A stretch of 64,000 nt of DNA from an uncultured Thermodesulfobacteriota bacterium (GTDB lineage: Bacteria; Desulfobacterota; B13-G15). The notes below the pieces were generated by a model. The model was not told the DNA's origin and did no database searches. It saw only the letters and a list, made by a program, of their open reading frames with translations. Below, one piece after another: positions 50,106 to 61,200 of this stretch; the stretch's first letter is position 1; every line of letters begins with the position of its first letter. Made by a program: the position numbers and the translations under genes. The DNA is taken from the NCBI GenBank assembly GCA_964611295.1, contig CAZSWV010000002.1, positions 74,988-138,987 of the forward strand. Direction: 5' to 3'.

Positions 50106-50425
50106 ACGCCTTCACCTCCTTCTGCGCTGACAATTGGCTTTTCCAATTTTATGGTTAAATACCTCAATATGCTGTCTTTTAACTCCAGCCATCTTTCGTA
50201 CTCTCTTATAAAATCGGGTTTCGCACGAAAACGGATAATGTAGTAATAAGCTTTCTCTTTTTTCTTAATTTTATATGCTAGGTTTCGCATCCCCCATTCC
50301 TGTATTTCTATAACTTCACCACCTGAAGAGGATATAAGGTTTTGAATCTCATCAAGGGTGCTTTTGGTACTCCCTATTTCTTCATCAGGACTGATTAAAA
50401 TCATCGACTCATAATATCTCTCCAT
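50084..50425 (-). CDS. rpsF: 30S ribosomal protein S6
   Basis: The start is set at MERYYESMIL after GGAGG. Conserved operon position. Confidence 0.85.
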   Translation of the reverse strand: MERYYESMILISPDEEIGSTKSTLDEIQNLISSSGGEVIEIQEWGMRNLAYKIKKKEKAYYYIIRFRAKPDFIREYERWLELKDSILRYLTIKLEKPIVSAEGGEGVCSTSTA

Positions 50426-50485
50426 CCTCCACACCTCCTCTTGGACATAACAGCCCTTTTTCAATAGGGCGAGGAGAAAAACGTC

Positions 50486-50800
50486 TTATTCCCTTACTAC
50501 ACCCGCTATGTAATTCCTATTGACTTTGACCCTAACTCTGTCCGCTAACTCTAAGGTAACTGTGTTCCCTTCTATATCTACTATGGTCCCGTAAAGACCT
50601 CCGGCCGTAAGTACCCTGTCTCCTCTTTTCAAACTCTCCAAAAGCCTCTTGTGCTCCTTCATCCTCTTTTGTTGAGGCCTTATCAGAAGGAAGTAAAAGA
50701 TCACAAATATCAATATAAGAGGTATCAAAGCAGCAATCCCCCCTCCTCCACCCCCTCCTTCTCCTTGTGGAGCCATCGCAAAAACCAGGTCCCCGATCAT
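50486..50800 (-). CDS. yajC: Preprotein translocase subunit YajC
   Basis: Single transmembrane helix plus LIRPQQKR...LKRGDRVLT. Confidence 0.85.
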   Translation of the reverse strand: MIGDLVFAMAPQGEGGGGGGGIAALIPLILIFVIFYFLLIRPQQKRMKEHKRLLESLKRGDRVLTAGGLYGTIVDIEGNTVTLELADRVRVKVNRNYIAGVVRE

Positions 50801-50973
50801 CCATCCCTCCTTTTAGGCTTTTGCATAAAATAACACGCCCTAGCGAGTTTAGCAAGCTTTAAGGACCTTTCCAAGAAAATAAGGAAGAACGAATCAAATT
50901 TCTAGACCAGCTTAGGTCTTTAAAGATAATTTTATTTGTGGGATAATATATACCTTCTCTACAAGGTTGAAAC

Positions 50974-51735
50974 ATGAAAGGAGACATCGAAAAAATAAGA
51001 AAGATCATAAAAGAATTGAGAGGAGAAAACGGTTGCCCCTGGGATAAAAAGCAAAATATTGAAACGCTAAAGCCTTTTCTTATCGAGGAAACTTATGAAG
51101 TAATTGAGAATATAGACAACAAAAATTGGCAAGGATTATCAGAAGAATTAGGAGATCTTCTATTCCTATTATTTTTCATTATCACAATTGCCGAAGAAGA
51201 GAACTTGTTTAGTTTATCTGATGTAGTGGATAAAGTATGTAATAAAATAATTAATCGCCATCCTCATGTGTTTCAGAAAGACAATAAAATCACAACACCA
51301 GAAGAAGTAGAAAAACAATGGTACAGATTAAAACAACTTGAGAAAAGGAGTGTTATGGAAGGAATACCTAAAGCTTTACCTGCATTAATGAGAGCCTATA
51401 AAATCACAAAAAGAGCTCAACAGATAGGTTTCGATTGGAATAGTGCTTGTGAAGTTTTTCAGAAGATTAAAGAAGAAATAGAAGAGCTAGAAAAAGAAAT
51501 AAAAGGGAATAACTTGAATAATATCAAGCTTGAAATAGGAGATGTATTACTTAGTATTGTAAACCTTGCAAGATTGTTAAATATAAATGCAGAAGAGGCC
51601 CTTCATAATGCGTGCGATCGTTTTTTAGAGCGTTTTAATTATATAGAACAAAAAATAAAAGAAATGGGAAAAGATTTTGGGGAAGTATCCTTTCACGAAA
51701 TGGATGCGTTATGGGATGAAGCGAAAAGGAAATGA
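50974..51735 (+). CDS. mazG: Nucleoside triphosphate pyrophosphohydrolase MazG
   Basis: Tandem MazG domains (EETYEV...ELGDLL). Confidence 0.85.
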   Translation: MKGDIEKIRKIIKELRGENGCPWDKKQNIETLKPFLIEETYEVIENIDNKNWQGLSEELGDLLFLLFFIITIAEEENLFSLSDVVDKVCNKIINRHPHVFQKDNKITTPEEVEKQWYRLKQLEKRSVMEGIPKALPALMRAYKITKRAQQIGFDWNSACEVFQKIKEEIEELEKEIKGNNLNNIKLEIGDVLLSIVNLARLLNINAEEALHNACDRFLERFNYIEQKIKEMGKDFGEVSFHEMDALWDEAKRK

Positions 51736-52415
51736 AAGGGGTACTTTATATTGTAGCTACTCCGATAGGCAATTTAGAAGATGTAACATTGCGCGCTTTG
51801 AAGATACTGCGAGAAGTAGATGTAATAGCAGCTGAAGATACGCGAAAAGTTCGCATTTTATTAAGACGTTACAAGATAACTTCGTCTTCGGTGATAAGTT
51901 TTTTCCAAGGCAATGAAGAAAGAAGAACCAAGGAGATTATCGAAATGCTTCTCGAAGGCAAAAAGGTGGCTTTAGTGTCGGAATCCGGTACCCCTACTAT
52001 CTCCGATCCAGGCTATAAACTTGTTAAAGAGGCTATTGAGCAAGGACTGCACGTGGTCCCTATACCTGGACCTTCTGCTTTAATAGCAGCATTAAGCGCT
52101 TCTGGTTTACCTACAGATTCCTTTTGTTTTTTTGGCTTTCTTCCCCCAAAAGGTTCCAAACGCAGAAAACGTTTAGAACAATTGGCAAGGTGTCGCCCAA
52201 CCGTGATTTTGTATGAATCGCCACGACGTTTAGAAGCTACTTTAGAAGACCTATTGAAATGGTGCGGTAATAGACGAATAGTCTTAGCCAGGGAGATCAC
52301 AAAATTTCATGAAGAGTTTTTACGGGGTACTATTGAAGAAGTATTGGAAGAGATAAGACGTCTTCCTCGACAAGGGGAGATAACGTTAATAATGGAGGGG
52401 CTTGGATGGCGTTGA
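51732..52415 (+). CDS. rsmI: 16S rRNA (cytidine1402-2'-O)-methyltransferase
   Basis: [19 protein letters not shown]-terminus of the tetrapyrrole-methylase-like RsmI family. Confidence 0.85.
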   Translation: MKGVLYIVATPIGNLEDVTLRALKILREVDVIAAEDTRKVRILLRRYKITSSSVISFFQGNEERRTKEIIEMLLEGKKVALVSESGTPTISDPGYKLVKEAIEQGLHVVPIPGPSALIAALSASGLPTDSFCFFGFLPPKGSKRRKRLEQLARCRPTVILYESPRRLEATLEDLLKWCGNRRIVLAREITKFHEEFLRGTIEEVLEEIRRLPRQGEITLIMEGLGWR

Positions 52416-52780
52416 AACTCAATTTTGAGAAACTTGGAGGACTTATACCTGTGGTAGTACAAGACTACGAAACGGGAGAAGTATTAATGGTAGCTTTTAT
52501 GAACGAGGAAGCATTAAAGATGACCTTGGAAACTGGTAAAGCTACTTATTGGAGTCGCTCACGAAAAGAACTCTGGATAAAAGGAGCTACTTCAGGTAAT
52601 TATCAAGAAGTAAAAGAAATTTACGTTGATTGCGATGATGATACTATTTTGTTAAAAGTTATTCAACATGGAGGAGCAGCATGTCATACTGGTTATAAAA
52701 GTTGTTTTTATAAAAAGTATGATATCAACACAGGTGAAATTGAAATAACAGGACAAAAAATTAAGGAGGAAAACCCATGA
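52406..52780 (+). CDS. hisI: Phosphoribosyl-AMP cyclohydrolase
   Basis: HisI motifs (YWSRSR...LWIKG, CDDDTIL). Confidence 0.85.
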   Translation: MALKLNFEKLGGLIPVVVQDYETGEVLMVAFMNEEALKMTLETGKATYWSRSRKELWIKGATSGNYQEVKEIYVDCDDDTILLKVIQHGGAACHTGYKSCFYKKYDINTGEIEITGQKIKEENP

Positions 52781-53649
52781 AGTGTTTAAAACTTGGCATT
52801 CCTACCGGGAGTTTGGAAAAGTCAACTATTGAATTGTTCCGTAAAGCAGGCTGGAACATAAATGTAAGTTCTAGAAGTTTTTTCCCTCAAATAGATGATG
52901 AAGAGATAAGGTGTACCATGGCTAGGCCTCAAGAGATGTCTAAATTTGTAGAAATAGGCACTCTAGATGCAGCCATTACGGGGAGAGATTGGATACTGGA
53001 AAACGAATCAAAGGTGGTCATAGTCGAAGACCTAGTGTATTCAAAGGAAACGCGTCAGCCTGCAAGATGGGTATTAATTGTGCCAGAAAATTCACCTGTG
53101 CAAAAACCTGAAGATTTGGAAGGTAAAAAGGTTTACACTGAACTTGTAAACTTCACTAAAAAGTATTTCGCGCAAAAAGGGATTAACGTAACTGTGGAAT
53201 TTTCTTGGGGGGCAACTGAAGCAAAAGTATTAGAAGGTCTAGCCGATGCAGTAGTGGATGTGACTGAAACAGGGGCTACGCTTAGGGCAAATGGCTTGAG
53301 GATAGTGGATGAGGTACTTGTGACTTATCCCCAATTGATCGCAAATGTTGAGGCTTGGGAAGACCATTGGAAACGCTCAAAAATTCAAGCCATAGCTAGA
53401 CTTCTTAAAGGGGCCTTACAGGCAAGCAGTATGGTGGGGTTGAAAATGAACGTTCCAAAGAGCTGTCTAAAAAAAATAATGGAGATCTTGCCAAGTATAA
53501 CAGCACCTACCATTGCTGATCTTTACAATAAGGAATGGGTAGCTGTAGAAACGGTGATAAGTGAAAAGAAAGTAAGAGAATTAATACCCCAACTTATTGA
53601 AGCAGGCGCAGTCGGCATAATAGAATATCCTCTCAATAAAGTGATATAA
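52777..53649 (+). CDS. hisG: ATP phosphoribosyltransferase, long form
   Basis: [15 protein letters not shown]-terminus, 290 aa with a C-terminal regulatory domain. Confidence 0.88.
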   Translation: MKCLKLGIPTGSLEKSTIELFRKAGWNINVSSRSFFPQIDDEEIRCTMARPQEMSKFVEIGTLDAAITGRDWILENESKVVIVEDLVYSKETRQPARWVLIVPENSPVQKPEDLEGKKVYTELVNFTKKYFAQKGINVTVEFSWGATEAKVLEGLADAVVDVTETGATLRANGLRIVDEVLVTYPQLIANVEAWEDHWKRSKIQAIARLLKGALQASSMVGLKMNVPKSCLKKIMEILPSITAPTIADLYNKEWVAVETVISEKKVRELIPQLIEAGAVGIIEYPLNKVI

Positions 53650-53651
53650 AT

Positions 53652-55022
53652 TTAGGTTTCAAGTAGGAGAAAAAAAGGACGGTAGTTATCTTTTTCAGAT
53701 CTAACTGTTAAAAGAAGGGACGATTGAGTCCCGTATTTTTCCATCAATGCTTGAAAAGAATTAAGATCGTAAACTGGCTCTCCCTCTACCTCCATTATTA
53801 TATCGCCTATTGCCAAGCCTGCTTTTTGGGCAGGGGAATTTGGATAAACTTTTGATACTAGCACTCCTTCTTTTATACCTTTAAGTTTCGCAAATTCTAG
53901 ATCTATTTCCTTGACTTCAAACCCCCATTTTTCTTCGTAAAGTTCAGCAGCTGCCTCCTGTTTTCCTAAGACTACAGTTACAGAAATAGGGGTACCATTC
54001 CTTATTATTTCTAATCTCACTTTCTGCCCAGGGGTAGAGGTAGCTATAAGTTTTACAAGCGTGTATCTATCCTTAACTTCTCTGTCATTGAACTTAACGA
54101 TCACATCTCCTTTTCGCAAACCCGCTTTGGAAGCAGGCGAATTTGGAATAACATCGGTTATCAAAGCCCCCTTTGCCTCTTTTAATCCCAATCGACGCGC
54201 AAGGCCTGGAGTAAGATCTTGGAGGAAAACCCCAAGAAAGGCATGATAAACCCTCCCCTTTTTCAATTGAGGCAAAAGGTTCTTGGCCATATTAATAGGT
54301 ATGGCAAACCCAATACCTTGACCTCCAGCCACAATAGCCGTGTTTATGCCCACCACTTCTCCTTTAAGGTTAAAAAGAGGACCTCCACTGTTTCCTGGGT
54401 TTATCGAGGCATCCGTTTGTAGGAAGTCATCATAAGGACCCATTCCGATTACCCTCCCTTTTGCACTTATAATGCCTGCGGTAACCGTATGTTCTAAACC
54501 AAAAGGATTACCTATAGCAATTACCCAGTCTCCTACCCTTACTTTGTCTGAATCACCCAACTTGGCAACAGGAAGGTCTTCTCCTTTAGGATCTATTTTC
54601 AACAATGCTATATCTACTTTAGAATCTCTTCCTATAACTTTGGCGTCAAAAATTTTGCCATTATAAAGTTTTATCTTAATATCTTGTGCTCCCTCGATGA
54701 CATGGTTATTCGTTAAAATATGACCTTCTTTATCTATTATGAATCCAGACCCAAGGCTCTGAGTTCTCAACTCAGGTAAAGGTGGCAATAACTCCCTGAA
54801 GTCTTCTCCGAAGAATTCCTTAAATTGCCTTCTGAAATATTCTTCCAAAGGGCTTCTTATAACTTTAGTAGTGCTAATATTGACCACCACAGGCTTTAAT
54901 TCTTCTACAAGGTCTGCAAAGGAAGGCAGTCCTTCTAACGGTAAGGTTTTGGAAAACGCCAAAGGAAAAAGCAAAAAGGTCATCCCCCAAACCCCTAACA
55001 AGATCTTGGCCAAACGCCTCAT
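53652..55022 (-). CDS. degP: Periplasmic serine endoprotease DegP/HtrA (trypsin domain plus two PDZ domains)
   Basis: Signal peptide, catalytic GNSGGPL, two PDZ-like regions. Confidence 0.9.
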   Translation of the reverse strand: MRRLAKILLGVWGMTFLLFPLAFSKTLPLEGLPSFADLVEELKPVVVNISTTKVIRSPLEEYFRRQFKEFFGEDFRELLPPLPELRTQSLGSGFIIDKEGHILTNNHVIEGAQDIKIKLYNGKIFDAKVIGRDSKVDIALLKIDPKGEDLPVAKLGDSDKVRVGDWVIAIGNPFGLEHTVTAGIISAKGRVIGMGPYDDFLQTDASINPGNSGGPLFNLKGEVVGINTAIVAGGQGIGFAIPINMAKNLLPQLKKGRVYHAFLGVFLQDLTPGLARRLGLKEAKGALITDVIPNSPASKAGLRKGDVIVKFNDREVKDRYTLVKLIATSTPGQKVRLEIIRNGTPISVTVVLGKQEAAAELYEEKWGFEVKEIDLEFAKLKGIKEGVLVSKVYPNSPAQKAGLAIGDIIMEVEGEPVYDLNSFQALMEKYGTQSSLLLTVRSEKDNYRPFFLLLET

Positions 55023-55092
55023 TTTGAGCCTCCTTCTTATGATTTCGGTTTATTAATTATGTCTGTCAAACCTAGCAAATTCAACTTAACTT

Positions 55093-56424
55093 TTGACATT
55101 CCCAAAACTCTTTGTTAATTTTAAGATCCCCATGGAGGTACTCCTTAATTTTAGACGTTATCTTCTCGATAACGGTTTAAGGGTCTTGATTTTAGAAGAT
55201 CGAACCCTTCCCATTGTGTCTTTCCAAGTACATTTTGCAGCTGGTTCCAGGTACGAACTACCTGGGATCACCGGGATTTCCCATCTATTCGAACACATGA
55301 TGTTTCGCGGAACTTCTAAACTCGGTCCAGAAGAGTTTTCGAAGATCATACAGGCCAGGGGAGGAGTCGTCAATGCCTTCACTACATTTGACCATACCAC
55401 TTATTGGGAAAACATCCCTTCTAAAGAACTGGAATTAGTAATCGAGCTAGAAGCCCACAGGCTAAAGGAACTCAGGATAACAGAAGAAAACCTGGCCACA
55501 GAGCTAGAAGTAGTACGAAGCGAAAGGAAGATGCGAATAGCCAACACCCCTTATGGTGCTGCCTTAGAAGAGCTCTTTTCCTTGGCGTACTTGCGGCATC
55601 CCTACCGCTGGCCAGTCATTGGATGGGATCAAGATTTGCGCAGGCTCACAGTTAAGGATTGCCTAGAGTATTTCCGACGTCGATACGCCCCTTCTCGCGC
55701 TGTAATAGTAGTAGCGGGAGATGTAAATCCTGAAAGGACTCTAAAATTGATCGAACAAAATTACGCAGACCTTCCTGCTTCTGATGAGGAAAAGGACTTT
55801 ATAGAGATCGAACCCCCTCAAAGAGGGGAAAGGACAGCTGTATTTAAAAAACGAGTGGAATTAGGGGCTTTCTTTTGGGCTTTTCACGTGCCTGGGATTG
55901 AATCCGAAGACGTATACGCTTTGTTGCTCCTCGCTTACATCCTATCCGTTGGGAAAACCTCGCGCTTTTGGAAACGTTTTGTCAAGAACGGATCCCTCAC
56001 CGAGCTGAAGGCCCAAGTGGACCCCCCTCCTTTTTGGCCTAAGGATCCCGCTTTGTTTATAATATACGGCATAGCAAGTCCAAAGGTACCTTTAGCCGAA
56101 GTTGAAGAGGAAGTTTGGAAAGAACTAAATTCTTTGAAAGATACCCTATCGGATGACGAGGTAAAAAAGGCTCAAAAATTATACCTAAGTTCCCTATGGG
56201 ATCAATTAGAATCCTTATTTTTCAGGGCTTTATTAGGTGGAATATACGAAGTGAAAACCGGAGACTTTCGTAAAGCATGGGAAATCGAAGAAAAAATAAA
56301 ACGTACAGAAAAAGAGGACATAACGAGGGTACTTGAACGATACTTTCAAAAGGATAACCGTACGCGTTTAATCGTGGAACCGATAACCGTTGAAGAGGAA
56401 GAAAAGTTCGGGTTAATCGAATGA
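55093..56424 (+). CDS. M16-family zinc peptidase, catalytic subunit
   Basis: HxxEH motif HLFEHMMF. The start may be at M14, about 55132. Confidence 0.82.
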   Translation: MTFPKLFVNFKIPMEVLLNFRRYLLDNGLRVLILEDRTLPIVSFQVHFAAGSRYELPGITGISHLFEHMMFRGTSKLGPEEFSKIIQARGGVVNAFTTFDHTTYWENIPSKELELVIELEAHRLKELRITEENLATELEVVRSERKMRIANTPYGAALEELFSLAYLRHPYRWPVIGWDQDLRRLTVKDCLEYFRRRYAPSRAVIVVAGDVNPERTLKLIEQNYADLPASDEEKDFIEIEPPQRGERTAVFKKRVELGAFFWAFHVPGIESEDVYALLLLAYILSVGKTSRFWKRFVKNGSLTELKAQVDPPPFWPKDPALFIIYGIASPKVPLAEVEEEVWKELNSLKDTLSDDEVKKAQKLYLSSLWDQLESLFFRALLGGIYEVKTGDFRKAWEIEEKIKRTEKEDITRVLERYFQKDNRTRLIVEPITVEEEEKFGLIE

Positions 56425-57782
56425 GAGATCGAATGAGAGAATTGTTTTCTGGAGTAAAGACCTCAGTATCCTCTTCAGGGGTGAAAATTGTCGCAATACC
56501 TTGGGGGAAAACGCCCAAAATCACCGCTACTTTTGTCATACGGAGTGGTGCAGAAAAAGACCCCCTAGGGAAAGAAGGCTTGGCCAATCTGACAATAGAG
56601 GCCCTTGGTTTCGGAACGACAACCATGGGTTTTGACGTTTTACACGAAGAGATGGAAAAACAAGGGGCTTCCCTTGAAATGGGTTCTAGTTGGGACTTCT
56701 CTTACATTACGTTATCTGCTCCTAGTGACTCCTTTGAATTTTTAGTGCCCTTATATAAAGAAATTTTTTTTCAACCTGCTTTTCCCCAAAAAGAAGTCCA
56801 CGAAGCCAAAAACAGACGTAAGGCAAAGTTACAAAAGCTAAGCGATATTCCCTCATGGGTCGCTGATCAATTAATTTGGAATTTGTCATTAAAAAACAGT
56901 CCTTATGGCCATTGCTATATGGGAAATCTTAGGTCAATTGATAATTTGACTTGTGAAGATTTAAAAGGATTTCACGATAAGTATTGTCGTGATGCTTCAA
57001 ATGTATCTATTATAATAGTAGGAAAAGAGGACGCATTTAGGCTTTTAGATCTTGGACTCAAGATAGTAGAGGGTTTTGATGATCATGATAACACACACTT
57101 TTCTGAAAAAGGTACTTTTACAGCTTCTTGCACTGAAGAGCCTAAGATTATAATAATAGATCGGCCAGACTTAACTCAAAGCGAGATTCGCGTGGCGTTT
57201 CCTGGGATTTCAAGGTATGATCCTGACTATCATGCCTTTATAGTTTTCAACTACATTTTAGGAGGAGGGGGTTTTTCTTCTATACTTATGGACATACTTA
57301 GATCAAAAAAAGGGCTTACTTATGGAGTAAAATCTTATTTCTACCCTTTGAAGATTAGAGGACCAATGGTAATCTCTACTTATACCCCTACAGCTTATAC
57401 ATCTAAGATTTTTGAAGAAATAATAGATATTATCAGCTCCTTTCCCCATCAAAAAAACCTTGAGCAGTATCTTTATGAAAGCAAAGAGTTTTTCAAAGGC
57501 AGTTTCCCCCTACGTTTTGAAACTCCTGAAAAATTGCTCAAAGAATTGGTACATCTAGAAACATACCAAATGCCACTGGACGAATTGTTACTTTTTTTAA
57601 ATAAAATCTCTGAGGTTAAAATAGATAACATCATGAAGCTAGCAGATTCTTATTTAAAATTAGAGCATTTAAAGGTAATTATTGTGGGGAGAGCCAAGGA
57701 TTTTCTAAAAGATATTGAACAGTATTGGGGAAAATCTAAAGTTACAGTTATTGATTATAAAGATATAGTTGGACTATTGTAA
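56421..57782 (+). CDS. M16-family peptidase-like protein, non-catalytic partner
   Basis: M16 fold without the HxxEH motif. Overlaps the preceding gene by 4 nt. Confidence 0.75.
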   Translation: MRDRMRELFSGVKTSVSSSGVKIVAIPWGKTPKITATFVIRSGAEKDPLGKEGLANLTIEALGFGTTTMGFDVLHEEMEKQGASLEMGSSWDFSYITLSAPSDSFEFLVPLYKEIFFQPAFPQKEVHEAKNRRKAKLQKLSDIPSWVADQLIWNLSLKNSPYGHCYMGNLRSIDNLTCEDLKGFHDKYCRDASNVSIIIVGKEDAFRLLDLGLKIVEGFDDHDNTHFSEKGTFTASCTEEPKIIIIDRPDLTQSEIRVAFPGISRYDPDYHAFIVFNYILGGGGFSSILMDILRSKKGLTYGVKSYFYPLKIRGPMVISTYTPTAYTSKIFEEIIDIISSFPHQKNLEQYLYESKEFFKGSFPLRFETPEKLLKELVHLETYQMPLDELLLFLNKISEVKIDNIMKLADSYLKLEHLKVIIVGRAKDFLKDIEQYWGKSKVTVIDYKDIVGLL

Positions 57783-57795
57783 TTAAGAATGCAAA

Positions 57796-60700
57796 ATGAT
57801 TAAAGCGATATTTAAAGGCTTGTGCCCTAACTGTAAGGGAGATATCTCTTCGGATAGACTCGAAAAGGGCCTACCGTGTGAACGCTGTTTACCTAATGAA
57901 ACTGACCCTGAGTACTTAATAAAAGGCGCCCTAACTGATTTTTTGAGCTTAAGAGAGGAAGAAAGACAATGGGTGGAGCATTTTACAAAATATATGAAAT
58001 CACCTCCTTGGAGTTTACAAATAGCGTGGGCTCGAAGGGTCTTTCTGGGACGTTCGTTTGCGTTACTTGCTCCTACTGGGGTTGGTAAGACATCATTTGG
58101 AGTATCCATGTCTAGTTACCTTGCTAAAAAAGGAAAGAAAACGTACATTATCGTTCCTACCCGTTTATTGGTAGAACAAATTACAGAAAAGCTTCTTTTA
58201 TTTGGAGTAGAAAAAAAGACAATTTTGGCCTTTGGAGATGAGGGCTCTGATCGTCGTGAGAAAAAACTACAACTTAAAGAAGGTTTTTTTAACGTCCTTA
58301 TTACTACTTCTATGTTTCTTTATAAAAATTACGATATCATACCTCGGTTTTTTGATTTCATTTTTATCGATGATGTAGATTCTTTCCTTAAAACAGCTAA
58401 AAATATCGATAAAGTGCTTCTTCTATTGGGATTTTCTGAAGAAAGCATAGAAAAAGCGTTAAATCTAATAAAATTGCGAAGTAAACGCTATAAAGAGGAA
58501 CATGATCGGTCTCAAATCGAATACTTCTTGAAAGAATTAAAGGAACTCCGGCAGAAAAACAGGGTATTGGTAGTATCTTCTGCGACTTCTACTCCCAAAT
58601 CGGACAGGGTAAGGCTCTTTAAAGAACTTTTGGGATTTGAAGTGGGAGCCCCTATGTTTTATTTAAGAAACGTAGTAGACGTTTATACTAAAAGCAATCT
58701 CCCATTATATGAATGGATAAAGGAACTGGGACAGGGGGGATTAGTCTTTGTCCCTTCTGATGTTGGGCGAGAAAAGATAGCTGAAATAATAAAAGAATTG
58801 CAAACACAAGGAATAAGTGCTATTTCCTATGAGGACGTTTCAGAGAGCACTTTAAGAAAATTTGAAAATGGTCAAATAGATGTAATAATAGGAATTGCCT
58901 CTTATAGAAATCCATTAGCTCGAGGCCTTGATCTCCCTCACGCCATAAGGTATGCGTTGTTTTGGGGAGTACCTAAAATTGTCATTTCGTTAAAATTTGA
59001 GACTAACATTTCTCATCTCCTTTGGGCACTTTCTTCATTAAGATCTGCAATTGCCAAAAACCTTCCTCAATACATTACCAAAGTCGACAGATGGATATCC
59101 CAATTAAGGCATTTACAACATTTTTCGGAAGACTTCCTTTCAACTAAACCTTGGTTGAATGATAAAGCCAAAAGATTGAGAGAAGAAATTCATTCTTTTT
59201 TAAATGCTGACATTTTTATAAATTTAATGTCTTCGTCGAATGAAGTAACTTTACGCCGACTGCAGGATGGCTACTATATGGTAATTTCGGACGCGACAGG
59301 ATATCTCCAAGCAAGTGGGAGGACTTCACGGATGTTTGCAGGTGGTGTTACTAAGGGATTGAGTCTCTTGATTGTGGACGACGAGAGAGCTTTTACACAC
59401 TTACAGAAAAAACTCAGATGGTTTAGCGAAGAGATAAAATTCAAAGAGCTTGGTGAAATAGACCTTTCTCAAATACTCAGAGAAATAGATGAAGATAGGG
59501 AAAAGATTAAAAAAATAAAGTTAGGTGAAATCTCTTCTGGACACAAAGAAATTTTAAAGCCTGTACTTATAATCGTTGAATCTCCGAATAAAGCACGAAC
59601 TATCGCAAATTTCTTTGGAAAAGCAATAAGAAGAAAAATAGGAGAACAAGAAGTGCTCGAAACCTCCGTTGAAGATAAATATCTAATGATTACTTCTTCA
59701 TTTGGACATATTTTAGACTTATGTACAGAAGGAGGATTTTATGGGGTAAAAGTAAATGAAGAAGTTGTTCCCATATACGAACCTATTGATAATAGAGAAA
59801 GCATAATTCAAAGTTTAAGACTAATATCAGAAGAAGTATTTGAAGTACTAATAGCTACTGATCCTGATACTGAAGGGGAAAAAATAGGATGGGATATATT
59901 AATGCTTTTAATGCCATTTGTTAATAAGATACGACGCATGGAATTCCATGAAGTAACAAAAAAAGCAATAATCAATTCTTTAAAAAACCCTCGAGATTTT
60001 CATGAAAGTTTAGTAAAGGCCCAAATACTTAGAAGGGTTGCTGACAGGTGGATTGGGTTTGAGTTTTCCAGATTGTTGTGGAAGGAATTTGGAACAAATA
60101 TCCTTTCTGCAGGAAGAGTTCAAACTCCTGTACTTGGTTGGATTATAGCTAAAGAGGCTGAATATAGGAAAAGAATTTATAAAGTAATAGTTAGAATTGG
60201 AGTAAATAGAAAACCGCTTCGCGTAGAGTTTGTTTTTGAAGAAAAAGATAAAGCTAAACAATTCTTTGAAAACTTAAAAGAAGTAGAGGTGACGATAAAT
60301 ACTGTCATAGAAGAAGAAAGACACCCTCCACCTCCTTTACGAACTGACACCTTGCTAAAGGAAGCTAATGATAAATTGAGGTTTTCAGTTCCCTTGACCA
60401 TGCAACTTGCTCAAATCCTTTTTGAACTTGGATTTATTACCTATCACCGAACAGATTCTATACGCGTTTCTGATTATGGGATAAGTTTAGCTAAAGAATA
60501 TGTAAAAGAAGAGTTTGCTGAGGAGTACTTCGCTGGTAGATCATGGTCACAAGAAGGTGCACATGAATGTATAAGACCAACTAAACCCCTTGATGGGAAT
60601 GAATTAAGGGCACTAGTTTTAAGTGGCCAAATAGAAGGCTTGTCTCGCGATCACGTTCTTTTATACGATCTGATATTTAAAAGGTTCATCGCCAGTCAGA

Positions 60701-61200
60701 TGAGGCCCATAAAAGTAAAAGAAGCTGAAATTTGTATAAAAGCTTTAGGGGAAGAAAAAAACCTAAGAGTGTGTACAGATATATTAACAGATGGATGGAA
60801 CAGAATGGTTAGTTTTGATACTTACAATATTCAAGAAGGCATAATTAACGTAGAAAATAACAAAGAATTCAGAAGTGAACCTAAAGCTTTTTTATATACT
60901 CAAGGAGAGTTAGTTCAGGAAATGCGCGAAAAGGGTATCGGAAGGCCGTCTACTTACGCAACAATTGTTGAAAAGTTATTAGAAAGACATTACGTAATAG
61001 AAAAAAAGGGACGTCTAATACCAACTAAGTTAGGGAAAAAAGTCTATCAATATCTCCTTCAATACGAAAAGGTACGAAACTTTTTGTCCGAGAATTTTAC
61101 AAAACACCTTGAAAAACTTATGGACGAAGTAGAAGAAGGGAAAGGAGATTACGAGTACATTCTAAAACAATTATATACTCAAATCTGTAATATTACATAA
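57796..61200 (+). CDS. rgy: Reverse gyrase
   Basis: N-terminal Zn-finger CPNCKG...CERC, a helicase-like domain with LLAPTGVGKT, and a C-terminal topoisomerase IA (Toprim plus catalytic Tyr) region. 1134 aa. Confidence 0.9.
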   Translation: MIKAIFKGLCPNCKGDISSDRLEKGLPCERCLPNETDPEYLIKGALTDFLSLREEERQWVEHFTKYMKSPPWSLQIAWARRVFLGRSFALLAPTGVGKTSFGVSMSSYLAKKGKKTYIIVPTRLLVEQITEKLLLFGVEKKTILAFGDEGSDRREKKLQLKEGFFNVLITTSMFLYKNYDIIPRFFDFIFIDDVDSFLKTAKNIDKVLLLLGFSEESIEKALNLIKLRSKRYKEEHDRSQIEYFLKELKELRQKNRVLVVSSATSTPKSDRVRLFKELLGFEVGAPMFYLRNVVDVYTKSNLPLYEWIKELGQGGLVFVPSDVGREKIAEIIKELQTQGISAISYEDVSESTLRKFENGQIDVIIGIASYRNPLARGLDLPHAIRYALFWGVPKIVISLKFETNISHLLWALSSLRSAIAKNLPQYITKVDRWISQLRHLQHFSEDFLSTKPWLNDKAKRLREEIHSFLNADIFINLMSSSNEVTLRRLQDGYYMVISDATGYLQASGRTSRMFAGGVTKGLSLLIVDDERAFTHLQKKLRWFSEEIKFKELGEIDLSQILREIDEDREKIKKIKLGEISSGHKEILKPVLIIVESPNKARTIANFFGKAIRRKIGEQEVLETSVEDKYLMITSSFGHILDLCTEGGFYGVKVNEEVVPIYEPIDNRESIIQSLRLISEEVFEVLIATDPDTEGEKIGWDILMLLMPFVNKIRRMEFHEVTKKAIINSLKNPRDFHESLVKAQILRRVADRWIGFEFSRLLWKEFGTNILSAGRVQTPVLGWIIAKEAEYRKRIYKVIVRIGVNRKPLRVEFVFEEKDKAKQFFENLKEVEVTINTVIEEERHPPPPLRTDTLLKEANDKLRFSVPLTMQLAQILFELGFITYHRTDSIRVSDYGISLAKEYVKEEFAEEYFAGRSWSQEGAHECIRPTKPLDGNELRALVLSGQIEGLSRDHVLLYDLIFKRFIASQMRPIKVKEAEICIKALGEEKNLRVCTDILTDGWNRMVSFDTYNIQEGIINVENNKEFRSEPKAFLYTQGELVQEMREKGIGRPSTYATIVEKLLERHYVIEKKGRLIPTKLGKKVYQYLLQYEKVRNFLSENFTKHLEKLMDEVEEGKGDYEYILKQLYTQICNIT

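Noticed and set aside
50700-50770. A poly-Gly-encoding GGN repeat in yajC (GEGGGGGGG).
   Set aside because: It is a low-complexity linker in a housekeeping protein, not a variable tandem repeat array or mobile-element signature.
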